DNA of 64,000 nt, from positions 1,519 to 65,518 of the forward strand of contig JAHFFT010000008.1 in NCBI GenBank assembly GCA_023247795.1. The letters run 5' to 3'. Position numbers and translations under genes: made by a program. The notes under the pieces are model-generated. The model saw only the letters and a list, made by a program, of their open reading frames with translations, was not told the DNA's origin and made no database searches. Origin of the DNA: Candidatus Omnitrophota bacterium (GTDB lineage: Bacteria; Omnitrophota; Gorgyraeia; Zapsychrales; JANLHA01). Positions 62,462 to 64,000 of the stretch are shown here, piece by piece; position 1 is the first letter of the stretch; the number at the start of each line of letters is the position of its first letter.

Positions 62462-64000
62462 AAAAGAAGGCTTCAATTCGGTCGACTTTGTGACTGCGGA
62501 TGTCTTCAGCGTGGCGGGAAGGGATCACCGATCCCTCAATTTTGACAGGCTGTCTGCGGTTGGTATAGGTAAGCTCAATCCTTTGAATTGTTGCTTTATT
62601 CGGCCCAAACGTATTCTTACCAGAAGGGTTATGATAAACAGTTAAAACTGAACCCAAAAAATTAAAGGCGTAGGAACGTTTTGGTAACGTCAAATTCTGC
62701 CATCCCTTGTCCTTGTGGCGATAGCGGATAATTTCTTCCTTCACCGTAAATAGGCTGCTATCCAAGGCCGGCTTCAATTCCAAAGCAAGCTTTCCTTTTT
62801 GATCGATGAAAAATGGCTGTAGACCGACATTCATCAAGATCCAAATGTGCATGAACTCCGCCGTACTCCCGGAAAGACGGGCAACAAATCCCTGGCCATG
62901 CAGTTTTTCATCCTCGTGGGCACTGCTGACGATGAACGAAGAATTTTCCAAAATACTGCGGCCATAGGTCTGCGGATCCGAAAATGGAACCAGACAATCA
63001 CGGAACGTCTCATAAAATTCTGGATAAAGCCCAGAGCGCAACAACTCCAACAAGTACTTGTATTCCATATGCAACCAGATGGATTCATTCTCCAGCCACC
63101 CTCGTGGAAAATTGCGGGAGCGGCCGATTTCTTCGGACTGTTTAGAAACGTCAGCATTGACTTTATACATCCGCAATTTCTGATCAAACAACAGACTCTT
63201 TTTGATTCTTTGATACAACACCCGCTTCTGTTCTTGATCGTCTATCACCTTGAATGCGTGCACAAACCCCTCGAGAAAATAAGGAAGCCGGTGGGTCTTA
63301 AATTCCTGCGGCCAAACGTGAACAGGTTTTTCCTGGACCGGGTCCAAACACTTGTGTTTCGTGACCTCCTGATAAACATACGTCGGGAATAACCCCTTAT
63401 CATCCTCAACACTCTTAACCCCGGCATTGGTCTTGGTCACCACCCATTGCAAAAATTCAATGATCTCATTCATCGTTAAAGGCTGCTCGGCCCCATCAAT
63501 CCCCTTACGGACCTGCTCCCGGTACTTTTCTTTTACGTCGCTGGCCTGGCTCCAATAAGGAAACGGTTCCCGCTCTTCAATCAATATTTTGGTCAACGCT
63601 TTGATAAAGACCGCCAATTCGGAGAAAACCAAGACCTCTCGATTTTGGATCGGCAGTTTCGCGAAGCTCTGCAAAAGAAATTGGCAAATGCGCTGCAATT
63701 CCAATGACTCACAGATCGAGGCCCCCAACAATCCAGGCAGCCCGTTGAGCGAATCACACCATCCTGGTTTATCCGCTTCCATCTCGATCCCAACCCCGCT
63801 CGGATCAAAACTAGCCGCTTTATTCGCGATCAAACACAGCAGCTTAGTCATCAAGGTTGTTTCATAAACTTCGCCTTCTCCTAGCCTGGTCCGCAGCTTG
63901 CTTCCCCTTTCCTCAGCGAGAATCTCCTTACGTCCATCTTTCACCGAATGGTATTGACGCACCCCCTTCGGCGTCAATTGATAACGCTGCTCGCGCGGCA
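62460..64000 (-). CDS. Hypothetical protein, 3' portion (gene continues beyond window end); possibly (alpha/alpha)6-barrel glycoside hydrolase/phosphorylase-like
   Basis: At least 513 aa in frame with no stop to the window edge (frame continues REQRYQL upstream of the listed Met). DKPGWCDSLNGLPG and WLENESIWLHMEYKYLLELL motifs resemble catalytic-loop regions of (alpha/alpha)6 glycosidase/phosphorylase families, but I cannot assign a family confidently. Confidence 0.3.
   Translation of the reverse strand, partial: PREQRYQLTPKGVRQYHSVKDGRKEILAEERGSKLRTRLGEGEVYETTLMTKLLCLIANKAASFDPSGVGIEMEADKPGWCDSLNGLPGLLGASICESLELQRICQFLLQSFAKLPIQNREVLVFSELAVFIKALTKILIEEREPFPYWSQASDVKEKYREQVRKGIDGAEQPLTMNEIIEFLQWVVTKTNAGVKSVEDDKGLFPTYVYQEVTKHKCLDPVQEKPVHVWPQEFKTHRLPYFLEGFVHAFKVIDDQEQKRVLYQRIKKSLLFDQKLRMYKVNADVSKQSEEIGRSRNFPRGWLENESIWLHMEYKYLLELLRSGLYPEFYETFRDCLVPFSDPQTYGRSILENSSFIVSSAHEDEKLHGQGFVARLSGSTAEFMHIWILMNVGLQPFFIDQKGKLALELKPALDSSLFTVKEEIIRYRHKDKGWQNLTLPKRSYAFNFLGSVLTVYHNPSGKNTFGPNKATIQRIELTYTNRRQPVKIEGSVIPSRHAEDIRSHKVDRIEAFF

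Overview
This window is a bacterial chromosomal segment of mid GC content (about 45-48% by eye), almost entirely coding and with most genes on the minus strand.

**Housekeeping block (0-23 kb).**
- A secreted protein with thrombospondin-type-3 repeats, truncated at the window start.
- The cluster pilD-like prepilin peptidase, aroE, leuA, ilvC and pfkA.
- A low-GC insertion carrying an AAA+/DUF4143 ATPase and a small lipoprotein, flanked by roughly 110-bp imperfect direct repeats.
- ahcY, metK, a sugar nucleotidyltransferase, and ptsI-ptsH-yvcK-ptsN.
- Three tRNAs: Gly-GCC, Leu-TAG and Lys-TTT.
- frr-pyrH-tsf-rpsB.
- An MsbA-like ABC exporter divergent from a Gfo/Idh/MocA oxidoreductase and lpxB.

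**Bat operon (23-32 kb).** A complete Bat-type (Bacteroides aerotolerance-like) MoxR / DUF58 / DUF4381 / VWA (BatA, BatB) / TPR (BatC) / BatD / BatE operon. A four-helix-bundle gene is inserted into it, and an unusual cysteine-rich secreted protein lies next to it.

**Giant-gene locus (32.4-62.3 kb).** This is the most striking region.
- It holds two adjacent, same-strand giant ORFs of about 3,171 aa (9.5 kb) and 6,718 aa (20.2 kb).
- The two are paralogous at both ends. They share a roughly 350-aa N-terminal domain after a signal peptide and a roughly 70-aa C-terminal domain.
- Their cores are completely different. Giant 1 has two GHKL/Hsp90-like ATPase domains, a beta-propeller-like repeat region and an HExxH motif. 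Giant 2 has tandem MoxR/midasin-like AAA+ domains followed by about 11 kb of internally repeated, LRR-like modules of 370-465 aa.
- Each giant gene, and the partial gene upstream of them, ends in a locus-specific palindrome AACAGGGGACWGTCCCCT that incorporates or abuts its TAG stop codon.
- A 34-bp near-identical segment links the two 5' regions.

I recognise no characterised system matching this architecture. All calls are made by eye from the translations and sequence, without any database search.
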